NCBI RefSeq assembly: GCF_009914755.1
Contig: NC_060936.1
Length of the DNA: 64,000 bases
From: the human T2T-CHM13v2.0 reference genome, Homo sapiens
Direction: 5' to 3' (one strand)
The position numbers were made by a program, and so were the translations under genes. Below, piece by piece: positions 31,300 to 47,400 of the stretch. Position 1 is the stretch's first letter, and each line of letters starts with the position of its first letter. The notes beneath the pieces were generated by a model. The model was given only the letters and a program-made list of their open reading frames with translations. It did no database searches and was not told the DNA's origin.

Positions 31300-32520
31300 C
31301 CCCTCTAACCATGTCCTATGTTGGTTCTTTCCTTTATAGCAAAATTCCTTGAAAGTGCTGCCAATTTCTTTCCCATTTCCCTTTAAACATGTTTCAGTAA
31401 GATTTTATTTCCATCACTCCAGCAAACCACCCTGTTCTGGAACATGAATGACCCTATGTTGTTAAATTGCGTGATCCATTCTCAGTCCTCTTCTTACTTT
31501 GCCTGCCATTAGTATTGCACCCAATTTTCCACTCTTTATTGAAACACTTCTTTCTCTCATATTCTAGGGAAAGACTCAGAATATACTCACCTTTCACTCT
31601 TGTTCTTTTTCCAGTTTTCTTGCTGATTTCTCATTTTCAAACCTCTAATTGTTGAGGTGGCTTTTTTTTTCTGTCTATACCTACTACATACCTTATTTCA
31701 TCCCATCTGGTGGCTTTAAGTATCATCTATACTGGTGAATCCCAAATTCACCTGTTAATGACAATCATATTCTTCCAGGTACTCAGACCAGAAATCTTTA
31801 AGACATCCTTGACTCTTCTTTCTCACTGCCTAGGTTCAATCTTTCAGCAACTTTATAACCTCTCCCTTCAGAATATATGTAATTTTTTTTCACTTTTCAC
31901 CGTCCTCAGGACCATCACTCTGGTCCAAGCCATCATCATCTTTCACCCAGATTATTTTAATAATTTCCTAGTTGGTCTCTCTCTTCTACTTTTGCTCACT
32001 ATAGCCTATTCTTTACACAATAGCTAGAGTGATACCATTGATATTTTTAAGTGGGCTCCTGCTCACAATCTTCCAGTGGCTTCTGTTTACCTCAGAAGTA
32101 AAGCTAATGTTTTTCCTGTGATCTGCAAAGCCTTATGTCATCTGGCTCCTCATTTTTTCTCTGACCTCATTTCTACTCTTCCTTTTGTTCATGTCTGTGC
32201 CAGATACGCTAATTTCCTTAAAGTTCGTTGAAAATACTAGAAACACTTCTCTACTCAGGGCCTTTAATTATGCCACATTCTCTGCCTGGAATTCTTCCAC
32301 AGATAGTCTCTTGGTTAGCTCAGCCTCTTTCTTCAGGTCTTTTATTCAAAATTATTATCTTTGAGATATCCACTATTTACCATCACTCCTCTCTAACCTT
32401 TCATATCTGCTTTCTCTCCTCTATCACCAGGTTTTCATCAGCTCTTACTATCTAATATATTAATAGTACATGTTTTATTTATTTGTGTTGTTGATCATCT
32501 CCCATCTCAAATGATTTTTT
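31300..32520 (+). mobile_element. L2 LINE fragment
   Basis: ctcagtcctcttcttactttgcctg...ttattgaaacact (decayed LLDLSAAFDT RT segment); ctggtccaagccatcatcatctttcacc. Confidence 0.7.
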
Positions 32521-33836
32521 GTTTCCTTTCGTTCACCAAGTAATAGAACCAAAGAACCTGACTCCAGAGTATTTTAGAAAAGCTTTTGAAAGAGGATAAA
32601 TCAGACTTTGATTATTCTGTAACTGTTCTCCAGATTGTTGTCCTAAAGTGCAATGATTCTGTGAAAATACCTGGGAAGAAAAGAATTTCTTAAAAGTGAA
32701 TGCTTCATGCAGTATCCTCCTCTTTAAGACTTAAGTGCGTATTTATATTTTAAAGACTCCTAATAGTTTGGTGAGAGACAGCAGCGTGTCACCATTAAGA
32801 ACATAAGCACAGGAGCTCTACTGCCTGGTTTCTAATCCCAGTATCCCCACTGCATCATATCACTGTGGTCGTGGTCATATTATTTTATATCTTTTTGCCT
32901 AAGTTTTCCCATCTGTAAATTGGGGTTAATAGCAGTACCTACCTCAAAAGGGTGTTTTGAAAATGAAGCTAAAATCTAAAAAGTACTTACAACAATGCCT
33001 GGAACATACTGATTGATTTTTATTATTATTAGAAGAAATCTCTTTACCTCTGTTGAAACCATGCTTACTTGTTCATACAATCTTTCTTCTCCGAACTGTG
33101 TATAGACAATTAAACACTGTTTTGTGGAGCCCACTCTGAAAAACACAGGAAAATCATGAAAATAATTATTCTGATTTTTAGGGTCTCATTTGGGATTTAA
33201 GTGATTATTTGCCTATCAACTCCAAAGGAAATGACAATAACAAAATAAATATTTTGTCATAATTTTCTTTAATATCACAAATATTGATAGGGAACTATAA
33301 AATACTTTCAAGAATTCTTCTGAAATATTAATATGTTTAAATGTTAATATTTTCTTTTAACTACAGTAAACAGTTTATCTTAGGAACACAGTGTGACATC
33401 TTTTCTCTTTGGTGAATGGTTTTTGCTCTCCTTTTATTATTTTCTATCATGTCTGTTTAATGACAGAAGTTTCTGTGCCCATAAGGCTCTATGTGTTAAA
33501 AATTTCTTCTAGACTGAGCTATTGTTACATTAATACTTCTACATGGAGGCAACATAAAGAAATTATAAGTTTTTATTTTAAATTATTAAATATGAAGAGT
33601 AAAACATTATTGGACCAAAATGCCATAAATGATACTCTCAAGAAACTGTAAAGATTTTTGTGAATTTTCTTTTATAGCGCGTTCTCTTATAAATAAGACT
33701 GCCATTCCTGAAAAATATAACACACCCCATATTCCTTTTGTGAATAATCCTATTCTGCCCTTTTATTTTCTGTTTAAAGATTCTTTGGCCTACCTCTTTT
33801 TCTTCTATTGCTTAACTAATACAATTGCAGTATTTA

Positions 33837-34009
<173 letters not shown>

Positions 34010-37000
34010 TTAATCACAATATTTATCCTTAAAACTATAGACCCTTCTAAATACTAATGAATACTTCCCTTTCCTTGCACCTACAAAAGAGCAATTACAT
34101 TCTACATCATAAACTCACTTTGCAGATATTATTTTTAAGATTACTTTATGAAATACCAAGCCTTCTAGAAATTGGTCTCATATCATGCAAAAGTAACCTT
34201 TAACTTTCAAAGGTTCTAAAGTCTGATTCGTTATACTTAATAGTGGTAATAATACTATACCTGATATTTCTGTTTTCTGAAAAAGTCCCTTTTTTCTTGA
34301 GCCATGCACCGTATATTGAATATTTTATTTTATCCTCAGCCTTATGAGATAGATTTAACAACACCATTCTACTGATGATCAAGAAGAGGCAAAGAGGTTG
34401 TATAAGGGTAGAGTGCAGATTCAAGCTTGTTTCAGTCTTTAGTTCAAAACCTATACCAACCACTACACTATCGTGCATATACAACATTTAAATAAATGTT
34501 TTTTAAAATGAATGAATAAGCAACCTAATTAACATGTATAACATTTGGAAATCATAAACATACTTCCTGGTCCTAATTGCTGATGAGTTTGGGCAATAAG
34601 TCTAGCAATAAATGACTTGGGAAGAACAAATCCCTTCCTATGAAGTCTATTCCCTCATATAATTTTTTAATTGTTAGAATTATTTAGTATCCCATAGGTT
34701 CACTAAAACACTAAAATTCTGTTTCCTTAATTATAGCAGGAGGGTCTGCATAGCTTTTCTGTAAGAATATGTACACACACTTTGGTGTGGTGTCATGGAA
34801 TCTGTTTTGCTGTTTACCTGTAACACAGAGGTGGCCATTCCTCATCTGCAGTTTAACAGTATTGAGTATGAATCCTATTCAAGTAGTATGCTGGAAGTAA
34901 TATTGACTAATAGTTAATATCCCAGATTATGAAGTCAGATGTTGGAAAGTTTACTTAACCTCTGTCTACTTTAAAATCTTTAAAATGGGGATAATAATGG
35001 GACCTACCACATGGGGTGGTTGTGTGGATTAAGTGAGTAAATGCAGCAAAGGACATAAGAATTACTGGTACATAGTAAACAAAATTAATACTAGCTGTTA
35101 TTTGTATTGTTAACTTTGCACTTTCTGTTACATATTTCTTCAGTAGCTCTCTATTTTAAATTACACTTATTTGTATAACTAAGCCTGCCTATATGCTTAT
35201 CTATTATACTTGAATACAATAGATAGACCTGTTTATTATATTAATGCATTTTTCTCTTATTTTGTAACTAGATGTATTTGTTTCTGCTAGCTGAGATATT
35301 ATTTATTTAATTCATTTATGGAGATCCTGCTGTGTGAGGTACTATGCTAGGTTCTGGGGATATTGTTATGAGCAAGACAGCTGTGTTCCAGCTGATTAAA
35401 GTAGTAGTCTCAAACATATTTTTATGCTTCACACCTCTGTCAAGAAACATTTCTGAGCATGTATGCAAAAATGAATATTTATTTATAAGTGGTATACATG
35501 TCTCTCCACTAGCATATTATATAGATTTTACAGTAAACTCAGAAATTGAAATTTAAAAGAGACAAAATAGAAATAAAAAATCTAATATTCTCTTTCCCTT
35601 TGGATGTGTTCACCCACTTTGGAGAATTCACTGGCTTAAAATATCAAGGGGGAGATGATCAGAGAAACAAAGAAGAGAGAGTATGTGAAGGAAAAGTTCT
35701 CTGTGTTAGGAGCCCAACTTCTGGAGGGCCAGAAAAGGCTTAACTAAGGAAGCAATATTTGAGATAGGATCTGAAAGGAGGAGTTTGGTGTTTCCAAAGC
35801 AGAGGGATTGAGAGTATAGTGTTCTGGGAATAGTGTTTGTAGCTAAAAGCATGGTATGTTCAAGAAACTAAGAGAATGCCAGTGTTGTTGAGGAGGCAGT
35901 GTTATAAAGAGATGAAGTAACATGATCACATCATCAACTTTCTAGTTCTAGTTGAGTGATTTTTTTCCTGTTATTGCTAAAAACAGGTCTGAAATAATAC
36001 AGATTAACAAAGGACTTAAAGAAAAAGTCTTATATAGCAAATCACTGCTTAACACACTAAAAGCAATCTTATAATAACCATACTGTGATACTTTGCTACA
36101 GTAAAAAGTAGTGTATTTTGAAAGGGAAAACTAAAACAAGGCCAAATTAAAATTGAAAATGTGTCTCTTATTTTCAAGTAGTCTGAAGGACAACACCCAG
36201 GAAACAAACCAATACCACCTATACTTACACTATATTCTCTCTTACACTTACAATGTTTAATACTTATTTAGGAACATTTTACTCAGGGTCTTTTAACAGT
36301 ATAATAAAAGCAAAATCTAGACTATAATACCAGTAATTATAAAAGCAATATTAATGAAAGTAACAACAACAGCTTACATCATGGCTCAGTTCTGAGCACC
36401 TTATATGTGTTACGAAATTTAATCCTCATAGTGACTCTATGAAGTAAATGCTATTGATATCCTCTTTTAATGAACAAGAAACTCATAGATGATAGAGCCA
36501 GTCTGACTGGAAGCCACCCTCTTATGTACTATTCTATGCTTTTTCTCAAGAGCTACTCCATAAGACGGTGAAGAATGGTATAAAATTGGAGCCAGAATAA
36601 CTGGCTTATGGGAAAAACTTAAGTGCTTGTCCTTTTGGATTAAAAAAAAAAAAATCAAAGCTTAACTTTTTTAAGCTGAGCAGCAGGAAGTTAATATTAA
36701 ATGGCCTATTTTCCTGGCTACACAGTGAAATCAATTATTTTGTGATACATAAGATATATATCTATTATATGGTATCTGTTACACCTAAGATGTATAGGAT
36801 CTGAGAATAATGTGTATGTGTAGGATCCTGTATGTGCAGGATCTGAGAATGATACAGAAACCTACAAAAATATATTTTCTGCCTTCTGGAACCTATACCT
36901 ATTCAAGTGACTATTAAATCAAGGCAGTGATAAATAACAAACGAATGGAAGAATCGTAGGGGCTATAGAAATTCAAAATTAGAAAAGATTATTATTAGTC

Positions 37001-38206
37001 ATGTTACCAAAAAGAACATGTACATTTACACTTTATCATAAAGGAAGACTTCAGTTCAACTAAGATGTAGAAGAGAGTGGGGAACTGTGTAATCCATTAA
37101 GAGGAAACTGCATGAGCAAATGTACCAAGGCAGAAATGTGGAAGACAGTCTGAAACAATTAGTAGACTGATCTAAGGAGAAAAAACTAAATACTGGAATG
37201 TAATGGGATATGCGGTTGAGAAATGTGATTATAGTGGGCCCTGATGGTTTAAGGACTTTCAAATTTATCCCAATAAATGGGAGAGGTATTGAAAGCTTTT
37301 GGAGCAGAAAAGTGACAAAATAAAAAGGCTCTTAGAAAATAACATGTAGGAAGAGGTGAAGAAGAGAGACTTCAGTTTTAGAGGTCTTAATTAGGAAATA
37401 GTTGGAATAATCAGGACATGATGTAATAAAAAGTGGAATTGAGATGCCGTCTTGAAATTGAGCTGAAGAAATATGTTTTGAATATATTTTAAAGGAAGAA
37501 TTGATAGAATGTTATGTCTAATTAATCAGAGGTGTTAATATTTATATTGCCAAGAGTAAATGAGGCTTCATTCCTTGTTTTTGATAATTCGTAGTTAATT
37601 TTTTTATCCTCTTGATTTTTACATTACACCTAAATTGTAATCAAAGTTGTGAGATGTGGTACTCTAGCATTGTATTGTTTAAATTCAAAACCATCCCATG
37701 CTACTTTGTGTACATTATTAATAAGAGTTTGCAGGGCATAAATGAGATCAAGTCAGATCCATCTCATTATATGGGGCTTGATCAATGGCTGGAATTGAAG
37801 AAGTTCTCTTTGCATAGCTGTTGAATTATTGCCTCTACTAACAGGTGTTGTCATGAGATGTGCATTGTAATATTGAGCCAGTAAATCTCAAATGTGTTTC
37901 ATAGCACAATGGAAACTTTTGAAAGACCAATAGTTCCTTTTAAAAATGAGGCTTTTTAATACTGTGTTTAAAACTTCTTTCTCACAGCCTTCACTGCTAT
38001 ATGTTATAAGAATTGTCAGAAGCAGATCCTGAATACATTATAACATGTAACTTTAAAATGTCCTCAAAAGTATTACTGTATTTTGATCACATTTGGATCT
38101 TGTGCTATATCCACAGAAAATATTTAAGAATATTTCATGATTGAAATTAAAACCATCTAAAATTTACATTGGAAAAACTAAAAATTTATTCAATTTTGTT
38201 TTACAG

Positions 38207-38300
38207 TGATCGGCATGTTGGTAAAATTTATTCCAAATGTTCTTCTTTTCTGGATTATGTCAGACGGTCTCTAAAGAAGCTTGGATTAGATGAGTCCAAG
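38207..38300 (+). CDS. METTL25: METTL25 coding exon (94 nt): (C)DRHVGKIYSKCSSFLDYVRRSLKKLGLDESK
   Basis: Acceptor ttttgttttacag, donor AAG|gtcagt; its first base completes the TG-T codon split from the previous exon. Confidence 0.9.
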
Positions 38301-39749
38301 GTCAGTATATGATGACTCATTATTTTCAGAAAAGACAGAAGAACTTCTATTTTGTAATGAATTGAGAGAATACAAAATAGTTTCCCTTCTAATTTTCTCT
38401 CATTTGTGAAAAGGTCCAAATTATATTGAAACAAGACCTCCATCATCTTTTTTCCAGTTTATCCTTCTTGTCATTGTAGAAAGTTTACTGTCATGTATCT
38501 CCAGAGTTTCCCTCTTTTAGTTCGAGTTAAAAATGTGCCAATTTACAAATCAAAATACAGTTAAAAAGCAGGACAACAGTACAAGTGAGAAATAGAAGTA
38601 AAGCAAGAGAGAATGGTTTTAATTTTGAAATGCATCTATTTACAGCTTATATAACTAAAATTAAAAATCTTAAATTCAAAAGCCTTCAAATAGGAGAATC
38701 TTGAAAAGTTGTAATATCATAGGAGGCCCAAGTTAGTAATTGATAACATATTACTGAAAGCAGAAAGGTAAACTTGTTGACTGATAGTAATAAATATTCT
38801 ACCACTGAGGGAAAAAAAAAACAGCTTTCAACATTCAGACGAGCTATTAACTAAAATATTAAATGAACTTGGATTACTCTGGTATTTTGAATTGAGTATA
38901 AATTGAAACGAAGAATAGAGTATGTGGTCAAAGGAATGAAATAGATTTCTTGAAAATGTTACAAGGACATAATAATGTTATATCAAAGCTAAAGGGTATT
39001 ATTATTTATTATATCAATTATTCATTTAGTCCCCAGTTGCTTTATTACTCAAAGCAATTGAACTGGGACTAGTCAGTTTCCTCCCCTTTAAAATAGCTAT
39101 AAGAAAGCCATAGGATTTAGGAAGGATTAAATTAGGTAATATACATAAAGCTCTTAACGCAGTGTATATAGTAAATGCTAACTATATGATACTCCTTTTA
39201 ATTATCGTAATCCCTTTGTATGTACTATGAGTAACAACACAATCAACATGATGCTTATAAATATTTTTATTTAGTCACTAAAATGAAGACTCTCCTAGTT
39301 TTTGCATAAATGAAGGAGAATAGACAAGGTTACACTAATTTATTTATTTCTGGATTATTTTCTAGGTTATTTTAAAAAAAATGTTTTTCATTCACCTGAC
39401 TGATCTTCCTTCCAATTAGTCTTACCTAGTGCAAACCTTTAGTGCATATCTCATTTCATGTCTTGCATTTAATATCAAGAACACAAACCTAAGCATTATT
39501 GTCACAAATTAAGAGCTACAGTTTTACTTAAACTTAATAAATTAAAAAATTTATTATCATTCCTTCTGGCTTTGTTTTCCCAGTTTGTCTTTAATAATAA
39601 CCACAGCAAATGTTTATTAATATATTTATTAGTATATAACTAATAAGATACTAAGAATAGTTAATATTTACCAAACACTTACTCTGTGATAGATATTATG
39701 CTATGGACATCACAAACATTACCTTACTTACTTTGCACAAAAACATTTA

Positions 39750-41255
<1,506 letters not shown>

Positions 41256-42342
41256 AGCCCATATGTTTCAAGCTTAGGAAGATCAGTTACATGCAAAATG
41301 AAATCATACCTAAAAGTAATAAACATACTGAGTCACCTTTGCTCTATTTATTCCAGAAGATCACAGTGATACTAATCTTTGGATAACTTCCTCTATCAAC
41401 CTGAGAATATCAGGAACACTTCAGCCTCCTTGCCAATGGCTTTGTCTTCCTTGACTTTTTTGACAGGATCCGCTGATGGCTTCACCTTCACATCCACTTA
41501 CTTTAGTTCTTAAGCCAATTATGTCCTAGCCAAGAACCTTCAGTCCCACCATCAAGTGGTGAGAACTACCTCAGTTGTTAACCCATCTTCTTATCACATA
41601 TGATGTGGGGAGGGTCTCTGAACAACTGTGTCTGTAATCCACTCATCCAACCCACACTCTAAAAGTTACAGTATATGGTCTACCTTTGCTTGTCTAGACC
41701 CCCCTTATATAGATTTACTGTAAAAAACAAATTGAATAAATAAATACATGGAGGAGAAGAGACAAATGTCCTATGGAAAAGAGTTCCAAATAATTTATAT
41801 AGATATTTCCTCCTCAAGGAGATAGAGCAAAACTCCCCATTCTTTAAGTGTGGCCTGTGCATAGTGACTTTTTTCCAAGAGCATAGTATGTGAATGGTAG
41901 AAAAAGAGGAACTTTCCAGTGAAGAACCTGACAAACAGAATCTCAGCCAAGTAATCAAGCTCAACATGAACAGTGATAATTCATGTTGCTAGTATGTACT
42001 CTTGTTATAAGGTGAGGAATATGTACTTTATTCCTATGATAGTTCTTTCAAAAGCCTATCCCCACTCTATTTATGAGAAAAATATCTGACAAATCCCAGT
42101 GGAGAAACATTCTACAAAATACCTGATCAGTACTTCTCAAAACTGTCAAGGTCTGCAAATCAAGACAAGTTTGAGAAACTGTCAAAGCCAAGAGGACTAA
42201 TTGCAGTGTGGGTTCCCTGGATGGGATTCTAGACTGGAAAAGGACATTAAATAAAAACTAAAGAAATTTGAATATAATGGGGACTTTAGTTAATAATGTA
42301 TCAATACTGGTTCACTAATTATAACAAATATACCATATTGTA

Positions 42343-42734
<392 letters not shown>

Positions 42735-44208
42735 TTATATATTTATTTTTTAGAAACAACATGAGATAATTAACGTTTACCAAACCTTTGCTTTGTGCCA
42801 GGCACTGTGCTAAAAGCTTTGTTTATATTATCTCATTGAATACTAAGGATGGCCTTATGAAATAAGTGATGTTATTATTGTTTTATAGATGAGGAAATTG
42901 AGGCATAAGTTAAGTGGATTTCTTTAGCCCAAAATCTAGGAAACTGGGGAAGAAGAATTCTAATCCAGGCTGTCTAACTCTAGAACTCATGCTTCTGTTT
43001 GTCATACTTATATAACTTATTAACAGACATGGAGCACAAGAATGCTTGTTTGGCATTTTTCCAAAACTAGCAATCATCAGGCAAACAATAAACCTACGAG
43101 AAAAAAAATAAAGAGAAAATTCATGCTTGTCAACAGACAAAATAGATGTAATTCTAAAACAGATTAAGGAATTAAACTTTGAAATAAAGGCAAAAAAAAA
43201 ATCAAGGAATGATGAATCTTACTAAAGAGTTAAAGATTTGCTTGTATCCAGGACTTTAACTCATGAAAGTCTGGCTGATGGGACAAAACTGACCAAATGT
43301 ATGAAACATTTTGGGTACTAAGATGTATGCGATCTAACGCATAGAATAGATTAGAGTTAAAATCACTGTCAACAAACTACAAGCACCTGAGCATGATTTC
43401 TTATATATTGTCTCCCACTCTAGTTTCTCTTTAGGACTGCATATCTTCCTGTAGATGACTCAGAGCCCACTAAGTAGGCCCTACTAGGGCCTTACTGCAC
43501 AGCTTAATTCATGCTAGTTCCTTTTTCTATAGACTAGGAGTTGAGCAGTATGGAGCAATGGCATTCATAACCAGTACTTTCAGCTGCCATTCAGTGTGCA
43601 CTCTCAATTTATAAGTTTGCATGTCTGTTCTTGCCTAAGGATGATCTGTACCAGGCAATGCTTCCATTCCAATGCCTTCCTTTTATCTTCAGGAAGTTGA
43701 AGAGGCTCTCACTGGCTTTAACACTCAGTAATGATGTCTATGATACAAGACCATGAATATACAGTGCTATAGACTGCTAGAACTTAATTCTCTTATCTAG
43801 CTATAATTTTGTATTCTTTAACAAATATTTCCCTATTCCCCACTTCACCCTACCCTTCCAAGCCTCTGGAATCCTCTGTACTATGTTTTATTTCTATGAG
43901 ATTAATGTTTTTTCCAGCTTCTGCATATGTGAGAACATACCGTATTTAATGTTCTGATCCTGGCTTATTTCACTTATCATAATGTATATACATAAATATA
44001 CATGTCTATAACATGAGACCATGAATATACTTCTGACATCTATCTTTAAGGTGTATATATACAGCTTAAATGAGATACTCTCTTCATTTTAAAATTTTCT
44101 TAAAATCTCTGTGATCTAATGAGACTAATTTTTAAGCATTTAATTTAAAAAGTTTATCATGAAAGCAGTCTTCAAGCACTGAATTTTTCACTGAAAAACA
44201 CATGAATA

Positions 44209-44405
44209 CAGTCGTTCCTTGCTATCCTCAGGGGATTGGTTCCAGGACTCCCATGGATATCCAAATCCATGGATGCTCCAGTCTCTAGTGTCATAGTATT
44301 TGTATACAACCTATGCATATCCTCCTGTATACTTTAGATAATCTCTAGACTACATATAATACCTAATACAGTGTAAATGCTATGTAAGTAGTTGTTGTAC
44401 TGTAT
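44209..44405 (+). mobile_element. MER2 left half
   Basis: TA|cagtcgttccttgctatcc..ggggattggttccagga; body continues to ...gttgttgtactgtatt. Confidence 0.85.
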
Positions 44406-47400
44406 TTTTTTATTTTTTATTTTTTAAATGGACACATAATAATTGTACATATTTATGATATACATAGTGATGTTGCAATATATATTATGTATAGTGATTA
44501 GACCAGGGTTATTAGCATATCCATCATCTCAAACATTTATCATTCCTTTGTGTTGGGGACATTCAGGATCCTCCTTCTAGCTATTTGAAACTATATAGTA
44601 TATTATTGTTAACTATAGTCATCCTGCAATGCTATAGACCACTAGAACTTAATCCTCTTATCTAGCCATAATTTTATATTCTTTAACAAATCACTGTCTA
44701 TAATGCACTTCCCCCTACCCTTCCAAGCCTCTGGGATCCTCTGTACTACATTTTACTTCTAGGAGATTAACTTTTTTTTTCCAGCTTCTGCATCTGAGTG
44801 AGAATATACTATGTTTTTAACGTTCTAATCCTGGCTTATTTCACTTAACCTAATGATCTACAGTTCTACACATGTTGCCAGGAATGAAGGATTTCATTAT
44901 TATTTATGGCCAAATCATATTTCATTGTTTATACATACCACATTTTCTTTGTCTCTGTTAATCTGTTGATGGACACCAAGGTTGGTTCAATATCTTGGCT
45001 ATTATAGATAGTGCTAAAGTAAACATAGGGATGCAGATAGCTCTTTGATATATTGATTTCTTTTCCTTTGAGTAAATGCCAAGTAGTGGGATTGCTGGAT
45101 CATATGATAGTTCCATTTATAGTTCTTTCTGGAACCTCTATCCTCTTCTCCATAGTGGCTATACTAGTTTACATTCTCACCAACAGTCTATAGGAGTTCC
45201 TTTTTCTCTGCATCCTTGCCAACATTTGTTATTTTTTATCTTTTTTCATAATAGCCATTCTAACTGGGGGAGATGATACCTCATTGTGGTTCTGATTTGT
45301 ATTTCCCTAATGATTAGTGATGTTGAGCATTTTTTTTCTATATTTTCTGGCCATTTGTATGTCTTCTTTTGAGAAATATCAGTGCAGATTATTTGCCCAT
45401 TTTTTCCTTGGGTGTTTGGGTTTGTTGTTGTTGTTATTGTTCTTGTTTTGCTATTGAGATATTTGAGTTCCTTGTATATTCTCGATATTAATTCCCAGTT
45501 GGATGAAGAGTTTACAAATATTTTCTTCTAGTCTGTAGATTGTCTTGTTCACTCTGATGATTGTTTTGTTTGCTCTGCAGAAGCTTTTTTAGTTTGATAT
45601 AATCCTCTTTGCTTATTTTTGCTTTAGTTGCCGGTGCTTTTGAGGTCTTACTCAAAAATATTTTCCCAGAGCAATATCCTGAAGCATTTCCCCTATGTTT
45701 TCTCCTAGTAGTTTTGTTGTTTTGAGTTTTATATTTAGGTCTTGGATCCATTTTGAGTTGATTTTTGTATAGGATGAGAGGTGAGGTGTCTAGTTTAATT
45801 CCTCAGCATATGGATATTCAGTTTTCCCAGCAACATTTATGGAAGTGATTATTCTTTCCCCAGTGTATATTCTTGACATCTTTATCAAAAATTAGTTGAC
45901 TGCAGACACATGGATTTATTTCTGGGTTCTCTGTTCTATTGCATTTGTCTGTGTTTCTGTTTTTATGACAGTATCATGTTGTTTTGGTTACTACAGCTTT
46001 GTAGAATATTTTGAAGTCTAGTAGTATGATGCTTCCAGCTTTGTTCTTTTGGTTCAAGATTGCTTTGGCTATTCTGGATCTTTTGTAACTCCATACAAAT
46101 TTTAAGATTTTTTTTTCTAATTCTGTATAGAATGTCATTGGTATTTTGATAGGGATTGCATTGAACCTGTACATTGCTTTGGGTAGTATGGTCATTTTAA
46201 TATTATTAATGCTTTGGATCCATGAGCATGGGATGTTTCTCCATTTGTTTCTATCCACTTCAGTTTCTTCAGTGTTTTGTAGTTTTTCTTGTAGAGGTCT
46301 TTTACCTCCTTCGTTAAATTTATTCGTATATATTTTATTTCCTTTATAGCTATTGTAAATGGAATTGACTTCTTGATTTTTTTAATCTAGTTCATTTTGT
46401 ATAGAAATGCAATAATTTTTGTATGTTGATTTTATGTTCTGCAATTTTACTAAATATGTTTATTAGTTCTAAGACTTTTTTTGGTAGAATCTTTAGGTTT
46501 TTCTATATGTAAGATCATGTCATCTGGAAAGAGGGATAATTTTACCTTCTCCTTTCCAATTTGGATGTCCTTTATTTCTTTCTCTTGCCTAATTGTTCTG
46601 ATTAGAACTTCCAGTACTGTGTTGCATGAGACTGGTAAGACTGGGCATCTTTGTCTTGCTAAAGTTCTTAGAGGAAAAGCTTTCAGTTTTCCCCCTTTCA
46701 GTATGATGTTAGCTATGGAATTGTCATATATGGCCTTTATTATGTTGAGGTATGTTTCTTCCATGTCTAGGTTGTTGAAAGTTTTTATCATGAAGGGATG
46801 TTGAATTTTATCAAATGCTTTTTCTACATCTATTGAGATAATATTATAGTTTTTGTCCTTCATTCTGTTGATGTGATGTCTCATTTATTGCTTTGTGTAT
46901 GTTGAAGCAGCCATGCATTCCTGAGATATAGCTCACTTTCATAGTGTGTTATCTTTGATATTCTGTTGGATTCAGTTTGCTAGTATTTTGTTGATAATTT
47001 TTGTGTGTAATGTTTGTCAGAAGTATTGGCCTGTAGTTTTATGTTTTTGTTGTTGTGTCCTTATCTGCTTTTGGTTTCAGCGTTATGCTGACCTCGTATA
47101 ATGAGTTAGTAAGAATTCCCTACACTTTAATTTTTTGCAATAGTTTCAAATGAATTGGTATTCATTCTTTTTTAAACTTTAGTAGAACTCATCTATGAAG
47201 CCATCGATCCTGGAACTTTCTTTGTTGGAAGACTTTTAATCACTGATTCAAACTTGTTACTTGTTATTGGTCTATTCAGGTTTTCTATTTCTTCCTGGTT
47301 CAATCCTGGTAGGTTGTATGTGTCTAAGAACTTGTCTATTTGCACTGCATTTTCTAATTTTTTGGTGTATAGCTGTTCATAGTAGTTTCTAATGAGTCTT

